Shown here one piece after another: positions 48,401 to 57,220 of a stretch of DNA of 64,000 bases. Source of the stretch: a virus (lineage: Duplodnaviria; Caudoviricetes); IMG/VR virus record IMGVR_UViG_3300016725_000002, positions 64,001 through 128,000 of that record, one strand, 5' to 3'. The notes under the pieces were generated by a model, which was not told the origin of the DNA, searched no databases, and saw nothing but the letters and a program-made list of their open reading frames with translations. The position numbers were made by a program, and so were the translations under genes. Each line of letters starts with the position of its first letter. Position 1 is the first letter of the stretch.

Positions 48401-49259
48401 GTTTATATCCAGTATCACTTAGTACAAATGAGTCACCAGTTATACAACGCTGTCCGGCTAATCCAACTAACGTGTTATAGTTATTATGCTCATGTTTAAC
48501 AATTGCTTCATATCTTGATTGCCCACATTTAGGACATTTACCATTAACATAAAATACAGTTCTATCGAGTATTTCATCAACCGGAGTGTTAACTTTAACT
48601 TTATTACGAATAAATTTTAAATCAGAACATTTGGTACAATACGCTCCAAAATAATCTAATGATATTTGAAGCTGTCTTGGAAATAAGTTAATACCCATAA
48701 ATTTAGGATCAATAATAAATTGAACCGGGTTGGTACTTTTAGGTATATCTTGTTCATTAATTAATTCAAAAACTCTTGGGTCATATTCACTGTTAATAAT
48801 TCTTGAAACTAATGCTTCAGGACTCCAATCATTTGGTTGTTTTTCAGAATCAAAGTTAGCACCTAATGCATTTTTATCAGCTTCAAGCAATCTTTCATCT
48901 TCATATTCACTAAGTAATTTTGAAGCTTCCTTATCTAAATTTTTTAATTTAATAGGCTTCTTTTCTAATTTTACTTTTTTATCTTTTACTTTTTTTACTT
49001 TTACTTCTTCTTGCTTTTGTAGATAAAGGTCATAATCTGGGAATCGTGAATAATCAGGTAGTTTTGCAGAATCTAATTGTTTTTCAAAATTAACACATAC
49101 ATGATATATACCTATCTTTTTTCCTAAAGTATGACATGCTTTAACATGTAAACATCTTCTACACCCAGCTCTATTATCAATAAATGATGAACAGTGTTTT
49201 TTATTACCTTTACAAGTATATAATCGTAATAACTGGGCACAATTTTCACAATTTAACAT
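45486..49259 (-). CDS. terL: Terminase large subunit with two inteins (about 795 aa after splicing)
   Basis: LFPRQ, Walker A GQR|SGKS, LRGR|TRIFESMDE Walker B, YISSP, LPTWEFNP, nuclease AIDCG..NSFA, FDRWQS, SDDI. Confidence 0.9.
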   Translation of the reverse strand: MLNCENCAQLLRLYTCKGNKKHCSSFIDNRAGCRRCLHVKACHTLGKKIGIYHVCVNFEKQLDSAKLPDYSRFPDYDLYLQKQEEVKVKKVKDKKVKLEKKPIKLKNLDKEASKLLSEYEDERLLEADKNALGANFDSEKQPNDWSPEALVSRIINSEYDPRVFELINEQDIPKSTNPVQFIIDPKFMGINLFPRQLQISLDYFGAYCTKCSDLKFIRNKVKVNTPVDEILDRTVFYVNGKCPKCGQSRYEAIVKHEHNNYNTLVGLAGQRCITGDSFVLSDTGYKRITNCISDLLYIPDDLGKHVRYENFEKPSDFYTYENSPVITIYADGLNYKISGTPNHPIKCISGSKCEFVNLSDIKVNDLIPIEWGTNVFGTIDDLSSLESILTSSKECQIKYLSNLENIDGIISNTEDFIRMLSYMLINLGIEFNILSPNSIKIYSTLPYTGIKWVKVSKIIQEQNQTVYDYTVPKYHRFIANGFISSNSGKSIFHGILAACILQQYLCLPNPVTFMKQLNSVTFTMTFVGLRFQDAYDNLWRDFYANITNSPWFTMYNNFLRDEGIRLGTELIKLKDTFAVYTNKRISIVPAGPDKRKLRGRCITGNTLITTTTGSINASDAKHLINGKVIDRGNEFKITGYEKQQLKKEVVKCYFGNGITLQVTTDHRIPCYNEGLIEAENILDKYVMCQLDTRFSEKFNLNILKSTRENILSYIRLRRVSPNKFKDSSFILQQAILKFCNCFRFKSHIYVTNYDANILNKHLGFPPVEFSQEDCSAYLIPGTNVYTKSELNKLYNIEVPEQYLQYIDKNIIFVKCTKQVNIGFKTVYDIEVDSPEHLFAANSILVHNTRIFESMDEVGWFTGKDGSITLDADEVAIALENSLKTVRNESEKLVELYPDVPNAHAIYISSPRSKLDKIMRLYKQSKVIDSMYGFKLPTWEFNPNFTRASFKDDYAKDAVAAEANFGANPPFGENLYIRSPASIISVLSNKRNVLEVANYKLHKDSLGAYLRYPIIKTRPHQIPSCLAIDCGYNDNSFAISILHFINRYNEETEEFIKIPACSGIIEIQPEEGIALSFNKIYETVISKIIEAFNIQLVCFDRWQSIDLRQRIFDDFGIDTIQYSVNMQDFTDLKTNILSENFILPKCEQDIKNIVSLDTELAVLTKDKPVSHLIIQLITSKDNGRIITKGDETSDDILRSVCLGHAILIDEDYAEFFDTDASDSELNDKIGTIGVISSGSSNGKNDSGTRIISGIGCIA
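46719..47459 (-). mobile_element. Mini-intein 2 in TerL (247 aa)
   Basis: CITGNTLI...TTDH...VYDIEV...FAANSILVHN|T; no intact LAGLIDADG. Confidence 0.92.
47802..48446 (-). mobile_element. Mini-intein 1 in TerL Walker A (215 aa)
   Basis: CITGDSFV...GTPNHP...VYDYTV...FIANGFISSN|S; endonuclease remnant only. Confidence 0.92.
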
Positions 49260-49268
49260 AAATACTCC

Positions 49269-49379
49269 TTAGTATATGTCTTCTAGAATTTCACAAATCT
49301 CTTTTTGCTTTTGCATCAATACAATCATCTCTTCACATATAGTCATAGCTTCAGTCAAAGTCATTTCAATTTCGGGCAT
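49269..49379 (-). CDS. 36-aa small protein (not in ORF track)
   Basis: AAGGAG RBS; MPEIEMTLTEAMTICEEMIVLMQKQKEICEILEDIY; stop overlaps TerL RBS. Confidence 0.55.
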   Translation of the reverse strand: MPEIEMTLTEAMTICEEMIVLMQKQKEICEILEDIY

Positions 49380-49398
49380 AGCTTGTGCTCCTTAATAG

Positions 49399-49428
49399 AA
49401 AAAGCGGATTAAGTTTCCCTAATCCGCT
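49399..49428 (-). terminator. Rho-independent terminator
   Basis: AGCGGATTAGG-GAAA-CTTAATCCGCT then T tract on minus strand (GNRA loop). Confidence 0.85.
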
Positions 49429-49434
49429 CCCTTC

Positions 49435-50127
49435 CTAATGTTTAGGAATATATTTTGAAACATCCTTGATTGCTTCAACATCAGCTTGAGTCACTATAAT
49501 AGTACCATCGTTAACTATTGTATCAGATAAATCAAATTTTTTATTTACTCCACCAACCATTCTAGTTACACCAGATTTAACAGGCTTTGAAATAATAGCA
49601 TCAAAATCAATAATAGGATCAACAGAAGAAGATGCACTTGTTATAATTCTTTTATCCGTATTAGGAATAAATGGAGGAATTTGTTTCATGCACCAAGGAC
49701 AGAAGGGTAAGCCAAAATATGCACTTTTATTGCATTCATCATTTATGCACTTAGGTCTAGCTTTATATTTAGTTTGACCTGCATTCTTTTTAAATTTTAA
49801 TTTCATGGGTTGTTCATTTATTAAATCTTGTAAGTTAACATCATCATAATCTTCAACATTATAAGGATAAGGAGCTCCATTGTCTTGATAATTTATTTTT
49901 GGTAAAGATTCTGGAAACAAGGAAAGACCTTCCGGGTCAACAGTAAATAAATCGGTTATAAAATGTTTTAAATTATCTTTTGAAAATGTAATATTATTAT
50001 CCTGGCAACATTTATACATATCATCAATATTGGCAGAAAGCAAAGCTAAATCTTTTAATGACATACCTTTATAATTTTGATGCTGTAATACAATGTTAGA
50101 TAATATTATTCCGATGGATTTTTTCAT
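49435..50127 (-). CDS. Hypothetical protein with C4 Zn finger
   Basis: CINDEC...FCPWC. Confidence 0.6.
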   Translation of the reverse strand: MKKSIGIILSNIVLQHQNYKGMSLKDLALLSANIDDMYKCCQDNNITFSKDNLKHFITDLFTVDPEGLSLFPESLPKINYQDNGAPYPYNVEDYDDVNLQDLINEQPMKLKFKKNAGQTKYKARPKCINDECNKSAYFGLPFCPWCMKQIPPFIPNTDKRIITSASSSVDPIIDFDAIISKPVKSGVTRMVGGVNKKFDLSDTIVNDGTIIVTQADVEAIKDVSKYIPKH

Positions 50128-50174
50128 TTTTTCTCCCGTTGAATTAACCTATTGATTTTTTCATATTAGTCCCC

Positions 50175-50681
50175 TCATTTTTTTGGAGATATCGGCTCAT
50201 GCTGCACTAACGAAGCATATTTTTCAAGTATTTTCTTTAATTCTTTCATACTAGAATTATCTGTTTTAGGAATTATTTCAAATTTTTCAGCAATCATAGC
50301 TTCAAGAAATCGTTCTTCATATTCAGTCATTCCACAAGCTCTGCATAACTGAATAACTGAAATTATATCTCGTATTTTTGTGAAAGTAGTTTCAATATAA
50401 ATAAAATCACTTTCTTTAACATTTAAAATATTATTATCTTTTTGTGCAATATAAAGTAGATCATATTTAGTAGCATTATATGCTAAATCAATTTTAGTTT
50501 GATAATTAAATACAGATTTAAAAGCTAGTAAATACTGGGAAGCCTCTTTAGACTTCCCAGTAATTCTTTTTAATGTATTACTGGTTTGACGTAAATTATC
50601 TAATCTAATATCTTGTTCAGTTTTCTTCTCATTTTTAGATAATTGTACATTAGTTACATCCCATTCAGATATTTTAGACAT
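50175..50681 (-). CDS. Hypothetical helical protein
   Basis: 168-aa ORF in operon. Confidence 0.6.
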   Translation of the reverse strand: MSKISEWDVTNVQLSKNEKKTEQDIRLDNLRQTSNTLKRITGKSKEASQYLLAFKSVFNYQTKIDLAYNATKYDLLYIAQKDNNILNVKESDFIYIETTFTKIRDIISVIQLCRACGMTEYEERFLEAMIAEKFEIIPKTDNSSMKELKKILEKYASLVQHEPISPKK

Positions 50682-51140
50682 TTATTCACCAGAAATATAT
50701 TCTTTAACACCATTCAATACCGACTTCATACTAAAAGAAGCACTACGAACATATTCAAGTGCATCATCTATTATTTCAATAAAATTATCAATCCTATCAA
50801 TAAAAACAGTTATTGATTCACTTTCAATTGCTATTATTTTATCTTGGTCGCCTTTACGTTTTTTATAAAAATCATCAGTTTTATTGATAATTTCATTCTT
50901 ACGTTTTTCATAAATACTAGCAACTTTAGCACGAATTGACTTTGAAGAAATCTTCATATGGGTGAGTCTTTCTTCATAAGCCGCTGCTATTACTAAACTG
51001 TTAAGTAAATGTTCGATTCGCTGTTTAGGTGGTAAAGATGAATCCTTAGCTTTTAAATAAACTCTCCGTAATTTAATGCAATTAAACACATCTTCATCAC
51101 GATTAATTTGATTAAATGACTTTTTTAGTTGCTTTAACAT
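50682..51140 (-). CDS. Coiled-coil protein (possibly UvsY-like)
   Basis: All-helical 152 aa in a replication/recombination block; assignment weak. Confidence 0.35.
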   Translation of the reverse strand: MLKQLKKSFNQINRDEDVFNCIKLRRVYLKAKDSSLPPKQRIEHLLNSLVIAAAYEERLTHMKISSKSIRAKVASIYEKRKNEIINKTDDFYKKRKGDQDKIIAIESESITVFIDRIDNFIEIIDDALEYVRSASFSMKSVLNGVKEYISGE

Positions 51141-51141
51141 A

Positions 51142-51723
51142 TTAGGATTTTAACAAACTTAATGCTTCATCCTTCAAAGATTTAACATCATGAGACGTTA
51201 AATCACCAATTGCTCGAATAGCAGAAGAAATAAAAGTAGAATTAGATTTAATTCCACGGCAGGAACAACAAGTATGAGTTACATCAGTCATAATAACCAT
51301 TACAAACTTTGGTTTTACTATTTCATAAAAAGTATCAGCAATATCGCAAACTAACATTTCTTGAATATGCGGTTGAGCAGATAAAAATTTAATCAATCTA
51401 GGAATTTTTGATAATCCAATAATTTTAGTATCTGGTAAATATGCTAAATGACATGTACCAAAAAATGGGAAAAAGTGATGGGCGCAAATAGAATTAAAAC
51501 TAACATCCTTAACTATTTGTAAATTATCAACAGTACCCGCAGAAAAACTCGTACATTTAAAATCTAAATCTTTAGGTGATTTAAACATAAATTCAGTCCA
51601 AGCTTTAGCAATTCGTTTAGGGGTATCTTTTATATGTTCATTAAAATCCGCGGGCATATTTTCATAAAAACCTAATTCTTGAAAAGCACTTTTAATGTGG
51701 TCAGCGGCTTTTTCTATACTCAT
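51142..51723 (-). CDS. folE: GTP cyclohydrolase I
   Basis: DTPKRIAK, SICAHHFFPFFG, IGLSKIPR, HIQE, HTCCSCRG. Confidence 0.95.
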   Translation of the reverse strand: MSIEKAADHIKSAFQELGFYENMPADFNEHIKDTPKRIAKAWTEFMFKSPKDLDFKCTSFSAGTVDNLQIVKDVSFNSICAHHFFPFFGTCHLAYLPDTKIIGLSKIPRLIKFLSAQPHIQEMLVCDIADTFYEIVKPKFVMVIMTDVTHTCCSCRGIKSNSTFISSAIRAIGDLTSHDVKSLKDEALSLLKS

Positions 51724-52157
51724 TTTTCCTCCCCTAAATGAATTTGCATTACTCTAGGTAAATCAGTTATTGTTTCTGCATCATTACCATAACTAATAAG
51801 AGATAGATATTGATTTTCATAAGAAATTACTTTACATACTCGCTCTACTTCTACAACATTCATTTCACTAGAACATGCACTAATTGCATGAGGTGAATGT
51901 CTATATTTAATACTTTTTAGATTTTTTAACATAATCATATTACCTACACATTTATTTAAATTACTATGATAGATTTCAAATACATTAAAAAATTTAGTTA
52001 GCATTACTTGCTGCATACGAATAGAATCAATACTTAACGTATTATATACAAATATTCTATTTGATACTGTTGGAATATCTACTTCATAAAATTGGTATAT
52101 AGGAAATATAGGCCAAGTATTTCGTATATATTTATCTATTACTTCTTTTATTTCCAT
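51720..52157 (-). CDS. Hypothetical protein
   Basis: 145-aa ORF coupled on both sides. Confidence 0.55.
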   Translation of the reverse strand: MEIKEVIDKYIRNTWPIFPIYQFYEVDIPTVSNRIFVYNTLSIDSIRMQQVMLTKFFNVFEIYHSNLNKCVGNMIMLKNLKSIKYRHSPHAISACSSEMNVVEVERVCKVISYENQYLSLISYGNDAETITDLPRVMQIHLGEEK

Positions 52158-53257
52158 TAAGCAGCCTCAATTGGGCCGATAGTAATAAATTTTAATTTAT
52201 CTGTTGCTTGTTTAAACAAAAAGTATTTAAAATCTCCACCAAATCTTAATGTAGATGATTCATCAATTAAAGAACACATAGATAATGCACTGTCCACAAA
52301 TAATTCTGGAATACCAAATTTTACAGAATCACCAATATCATTACTTAAAACTTTACATTTATCTTTTGTACTACCAATAGTATTTTCAAGAGAAAGAATC
52401 ATTTTCCCATTTTTTACATGAAAATCAACAATACCATTACCATTAGCAATAGAACGAATACTATCAAGTACATTCTGTACCTGCTTCAATTCTAATTTAA
52501 TTTCACCTTCCATTAAACTTGAATTAGACATTAATTCATTACATGCTTCAATAAGACCAGTAAATTGAGTATCAATAAGAGTAGGTAATGAAAGAGTCAT
52601 AGAATCACTTTTAATAAGTAGCATTTTGTCAGTTAGAATAATTTCAAGTTCACTTTCAATCATTGATAATGCAAGTTTGAATTTTTCAATAGGAATACAC
52701 AATTCAAATTCATCTGAACCTAAAGACTGCGAGAATGCATATTTTGCGAACATATTTGTAGTAGCAAATGTAAGAGCCATTTCTTTCTTTGAATTTGAAA
52801 GTAATGCATAACCTGTATTATTAGGGTCAGGGGACATAAATTGAACAAGTTCCAAATTATTCTTAAAAGTTCCAACTTCTTTAGATTTGATTTTAAGTTT
52901 CATTTCATTATCAGAACAATCAGGTTCTTCTAAATCTTCCGGGTTAATTTTAAAGGTTACATACAGTTCCATTTTAGTACCTGCAATAACATTAAGAATA
53001 TTTTGTTCTTTATTAAAAGAACATTCAAGTGTATTATTACGAAGTTTAAACAATGTTTCAAATACTTCTTGCTGGATTTTAAACTTACCTGTTTTCTTTA
53101 CTTCAGCTGGAACAAATTTATGAATATAAGTATCAACATTGATAGTCAACCATAAACCTTCTTTTTCAACTTCTACAACTAATTCTGTAAACTTACCGGT
53201 AAGTTTTAACATACTATTGTAAATTGACTGTAATGATTTTTTGTCTACAGTAAACAT
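52157..53257 (-). CDS. Probable DNA sliding clamp (Pol III beta-like)
   Basis: 366 aa with three repeated ~120-aa alpha/beta domains, acidic, FATTN where ATDG is usual; replication context. Confidence 0.6.
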   Translation of the reverse strand: MFTVDKKSLQSIYNSMLKLTGKFTELVVEVEKEGLWLTINVDTYIHKFVPAEVKKTGKFKIQQEVFETLFKLRNNTLECSFNKEQNILNVIAGTKMELYVTFKINPEDLEEPDCSDNEMKLKIKSKEVGTFKNNLELVQFMSPDPNNTGYALLSNSKKEMALTFATTNMFAKYAFSQSLGSDEFELCIPIEKFKLALSMIESELEIILTDKMLLIKSDSMTLSLPTLIDTQFTGLIEACNELMSNSSLMEGEIKLELKQVQNVLDSIRSIANGNGIVDFHVKNGKMILSLENTIGSTKDKCKVLSNDIGDSVKFGIPELFVDSALSMCSLIDESSTLRFGGDFKYFLFKQATDKLKFITIGPIEAA

Positions 53258-53275
53258 TTTGTGGTTCTCCTTTGG

Positions 53276-55270
53276 CTATTTATATTGTTTCAAAAATTGT
53301 TCTTTAGTTAAAACTTTTACTCCAAGTTCTTTAGCTTTTGCTACTTTTGAAGATGTAGAATTTTTATCTTTTATTAAAAGAATAGTAGTCTTTGAGTTCA
53401 CACTTGAACCCTCTGTACCACCATTTTCTTTTATATATTTAGATATATCTGCATCTCTAAAACCAGTAAATACAATAATCTGGCCTTTCAACTTGCTAGA
53501 TTTAAGCCGAGTTGGCTTTGGTAATATAAACGTAACTTTATTTGAAAGTTTCGTCAAGAATATTTTAAACTTTTGTAAACTTTTTACAAAAGAAGAAGCA
53601 AGTATGTCAGAAAAACCAAATAAGTCTGTTACCTTTGATACTTCTTCTTTTGTACCTTTCCATTTCAATACATCAGGATATGCTTTAATTATTTGTTCTA
53701 ATCTACCTACACCTAAGTCACCATTAAAAAGTGTACTTGCATACATTAAATCAGCTAAATTCACATCTTTAATTGCTTCTTGGATTTGGTCTACAATTTT
53801 ATTTGCTTGAGTATTTTGAATTCCTGGTAATTTTTTTAATTGATTAGGTTTAGCATCAATAATTTTATTAATTGAATTAAATCCATTGTCATATAAGTTA
53901 GCAAAAGTTTTACCAGAAATAGTCTTTACGCCTAAAGACCTAAAGAAATTTGTAATACGCATTACTTTTAATTCATCATTATCTTTAGTATTGACTAATT
54001 TAATATCTACATGAGTATCATTCCAAACATAGTCTTCAGTTGGCATATCAGCTTTAGTAGATTTAACTACACTTTGAATATAGGGTATTACATCTTGACT
54101 ACGAATAACTTCAAGTAATGAACCCTTACCAATTTTATTATCATAAATAAATGCAGCATTATGTGCTGTAGCTCTTGATACATTAACCCCACCTAATTTC
54201 AGTGGCCCGCCCTTTTTAGGATCTTCAACTAAAATAACAGGTGTTAAATATCCATATTTACTCAACTGCCATATAACTTGTTTTACTTTACCAACCCTTG
54301 TTTCAAGAATTGAATTATCTTTAAATGCTATAGAATTTTTAGGATTATCTATAGAAGGAGCTTCATATACATCTTTATTAGCAACTAACCCATCAATTTC
54401 AAAATTACTTGTAGCTTTTCTTTTTTCAAAGAGTTTTGATATTTTTTCAGCAGTAGGATTCTTCATTATTATCCAATCAGGCGTATCAAATTTTAAAGAA
54501 TCTAAAAACTTAAAACCTGCACTTGGTTTAAGTTTAGGTTCTATAACAGTATAAGCAACAAACTTTACATGTTGTAATGCTTTAGAAACCTTACCACCAT
54601 TTAACAATCCACTCATCATACTTCGTGGATTAGAAAAATCTTTTTCATATTTTTTGAATAATGATTTAGGTATTATAAGCTCACCGCGAACTTTATATGC
54701 CTTTTTAACTTTTAATTGCTTTTTTAAATCTGGAATGTGTGGAATTAAATATGATACATCTTGTCCAGTAATACCATCACCTCGAGAATATAAAGTAACA
54801 TTACCTTTCCCATCATTAACAATCCCACCGGACATTCCATCCATCTTATTACTCAATACTATGTAATCTACTCCATTTAACCATTTATCAACAGATTCGG
54901 GATGTTTTTTATTTTGAGATGCCATTGGGAATGGTAATTTAGTCATTCTGCTACTTGCGTTTGAAGCAGGTTTTTTAGGGATAGGTGCACCTACTTTAAC
55001 CAAGTATTTATTATTAGGAGATTTATCTCTAAGTATATCTACTAATTTATCATATTTTGCGTCAGTAATTATTGTTCTGTATAATTCATATACTTTAGGA
55101 GTAAGAGTTACTCCCTCATTATAATAGGCTTCATCGCATACCTTTAAAAAGGATACTAATTGTGATATTTTCCAATCTTCTACAACATTCAATCCATATT
55201 TTTTTATTTCTCGTATCATAGATAAAGCATTATCAGGTTGAGTAAATGCTTCCACTTCAACTAGTTTCAT
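53276..55270 (-). CDS. ligA: NAD-dependent DNA ligase
   Basis: AYYN..ITDAKYD, KMDG, SRGDG..GQDVS, VRGE, NPR, IDGLV, AFK, RATAHN, VIP, HhH, C-terminal BRCT (VFTG..GG..SVNSKT). Confidence 0.95.
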   Translation of the reverse strand: MKLVEVEAFTQPDNALSMIREIKKYGLNVVEDWKISQLVSFLKVCDEAYYNEGVTLTPKVYELYRTIITDAKYDKLVDILRDKSPNNKYLVKVGAPIPKKPASNASSRMTKLPFPMASQNKKHPESVDKWLNGVDYIVLSNKMDGMSGGIVNDGKGNVTLYSRGDGITGQDVSYLIPHIPDLKKQLKVKKAYKVRGELIIPKSLFKKYEKDFSNPRSMMSGLLNGGKVSKALQHVKFVAYTVIEPKLKPSAGFKFLDSLKFDTPDWIIMKNPTAEKISKLFEKRKATSNFEIDGLVANKDVYEAPSIDNPKNSIAFKDNSILETRVGKVKQVIWQLSKYGYLTPVILVEDPKKGGPLKLGGVNVSRATAHNAAFIYDNKIGKGSLLEVIRSQDVIPYIQSVVKSTKADMPTEDYVWNDTHVDIKLVNTKDNDELKVMRITNFFRSLGVKTISGKTFANLYDNGFNSINKIIDAKPNQLKKLPGIQNTQANKIVDQIQEAIKDVNLADLMYASTLFNGDLGVGRLEQIIKAYPDVLKWKGTKEEVSKVTDLFGFSDILASSFVKSLQKFKIFLTKLSNKVTFILPKPTRLKSSKLKGQIIVFTGFRDADISKYIKENGGTEGSSVNSKTTILLIKDKNSTSSKVAKAKELGVKVLTKEQFLKQYK

Positions 55271-55272
55271 AT

Positions 55273-55818
55273 TTACTCCAAAATTATAAATATTTGACGA
55301 GTATCTTCAAATATTTTTGTATCCTTACCTAAAATAAAGTCAATAGTACAAGATAAACTTAACTTTGGATCAGTTGAATATTTAGGTTTAGTAATTGAAT
55401 ATGAAAATAATGTTCCTTTAGTTTCATAAAAATCTTTCATTTCTGCAGTAACAATATGTTCAAAAGTTTTTAATACAATTATTGGATCATTAAACTTACG
55501 AATTTGTTGTTTAATCTTTGAATGAATTTCACAAATCTTTTCATTAAAAATGAATAAATCATCTACCATAGTTTCTGTAATATCGTATAAAATACTTAAA
55601 TACTTTTTCTTCCATTGTGTAGTAATAATTGGAATAACAATATCAAAAGGAAGATAAAGTAATTTATGTTTAAATGTATAACTCTTTCCATTAATCTTTG
55701 CAATTAAACGTATTACCTCTTTATTATATTCAACTATTGGATAAAATTCCTTATGAGATTTAAAAGTATCAAAGAAATATGGGGTAAGTTTGTCGTTAGG
55801 AATACGCGTCCAATTCAT
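55273..55818 (-). CDS. Hypothetical protein
   Basis: 181 aa, AGGAG RBS. Confidence 0.6.
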   Translation of the reverse strand: MNWTRIPNDKLTPYFFDTFKSHKEFYPIVEYNKEVIRLIAKINGKSYTFKHKLLYLPFDIVIPIITTQWKKKYLSILYDITETMVDDLFIFNEKICEIHSKIKQQIRKFNDPIIVLKTFEHIVTAEMKDFYETKGTLFSYSITKPKYSTDPKLSLSCTIDFILGKDTKIFEDTRQIFIILE

Positions 55819-55831
55819 TTTAATTTACTCC

Positions 55832-57220
55832 TTAATCATCTGGCACGTCTGAACCAGTTGAATCAAAACCCTTACTTAGGGATTTGTCTTTTTTCTTGTA
55901 TGGCTTTGAAGAACCCATATCTTCAATCCAATCATTAAATCTTGAACATGCTAAGTCTGCTTTTAATGGAAATGGGATTGGATTCTGATTTCGTGCTTTA
56001 ATTTGGTTTATATCTATTCGCTGATTTTCCATAATATCTTGAGATTGTTGAGTCCAAGTCCACATATTAGATGCGTGCTCTTTAAGACCCTTACTATATC
56101 TAATATCATCTGTCTTATCATCTAACTGTGCTAGTAATACAATTTGCGTTCTATTCTTACTTGCAAATCGTTTAGCATATGCAGAATCGTTATATAAACT
56201 TTCCCATTTTTCAGAACTAGTTTGTGACATTAAGTTTAAGTAGTCAACCCCAATAATATCATATTTATTTGCATTTAACTTTTCCAAAACTTCTGGTAAG
56301 GTTTCACCCATATCAGGCATATAGAAATCTATACAACCTTGATCTGTATTATCATTGGGTGCACAAAATTCTCGAATTGCTTTAATTATTTTCTTATAAT
56401 ATCTTTTGAGATTTTTCAGTAGTTCATTAACAGGAATACTTAATAAATTTGAAGCAAGACGAAGTAACATCTGTTCTTCACTCATTTCAAGTGGTAACAG
56501 ACAACATCTTGCCCCTTGACTTCTAGCATTGATAAAATATTGCAAAAGCATACTTGATTTACCACAACCTGATTTAGCTGCGATAACAAACAAAGAATCT
56601 AAGGGAATACCAATGTTAATAGAGTCAAATGCTGAGAATCCAGTAGGTACAAAAAAGTTATTTTTCATATTTTTATATAATTCTTTTAATTTTATTTTTG
56701 AATTTTTTTCGTTTACTTCAAATAAAGAACCTTTATTAACTTTAAATGTATCAATTTCTTGAACAGTTGTTCTTACTAAATCAAGTAATGGCTCTAAACT
56801 TTCAGTTGTCATGTCTTCAACTTGAAGACCTTCAGACAACTCATTTTGTAATTCTATTAGTTTTAAATGTTTAGCATCATATAAGGTTCTTTTTATAAAA
56901 GTTAAATATTGCTTTTCATTGGTAGGTAAACTTAAACTATCATCCTTCTCACGAAGTTTTAGTCTACGAAGTTCTAAAGCTTTTAGTTTTGTTGCATTCT
57001 TAGTACCTAATTCTGGTAAACTTATTAATTCTGACCATGTATAAAAATCACCAGAATCATCGAAATGTTGTTTTATTAAACGTAAACTCTTTCTATATAA
57101 ATTAGATGAAAAATATTCAGGTCGTATATCACCAATTACTTTTACATTAACATGCTCACGCCTAGGAGAACATAGACTCTTTAAAAGAATGTGCTGAGTC
57201 CATTCTCTTCTGGAAATCAT
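55832..57220 (-). CDS. dnaB: Replicative DNA helicase (DnaB family)
   Basis: PTGFSAFD, AAKSGCGKS, LEMSEEQ..RL, VDYLNLM, LLAQL, IRYS, KARN. Confidence 0.92.
   Translation of the reverse strand: MISRREWTQHILLKSLCSPRREHVNVKVIGDIRPEYFSSNLYRKSLRLIKQHFDDSGDFYTWSELISLPELGTKNATKLKALELRRLKLREKDDSLSLPTNEKQYLTFIKRTLYDAKHLKLIELQNELSEGLQVEDMTTESLEPLLDLVRTTVQEIDTFKVNKGSLFEVNEKNSKIKLKELYKNMKNNFFVPTGFSAFDSINIGIPLDSLFVIAAKSGCGKSSMLLQYFINARSQGARCCLLPLEMSEEQMLLRLASNLLSIPVNELLKNLKRYYKKIIKAIREFCAPNDNTDQGCIDFYMPDMGETLPEVLEKLNANKYDIIGVDYLNLMSQTSSEKWESLYNDSAYAKRFASKNRTQIVLLAQLDDKTDDIRYSKGLKEHASNMWTWTQQSQDIMENQRIDINQIKARNQNPIPFPLKADLACSRFNDWIEDMGSSKPYKKKDKSLSKGFDSTGSDVPDD

Noticed and set aside
50175-50681. Terminase small subunit
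   Set aside because: Size and proximity fit, but there is no recognisable motif and a terminator separates it from terL; left as hypothetical.
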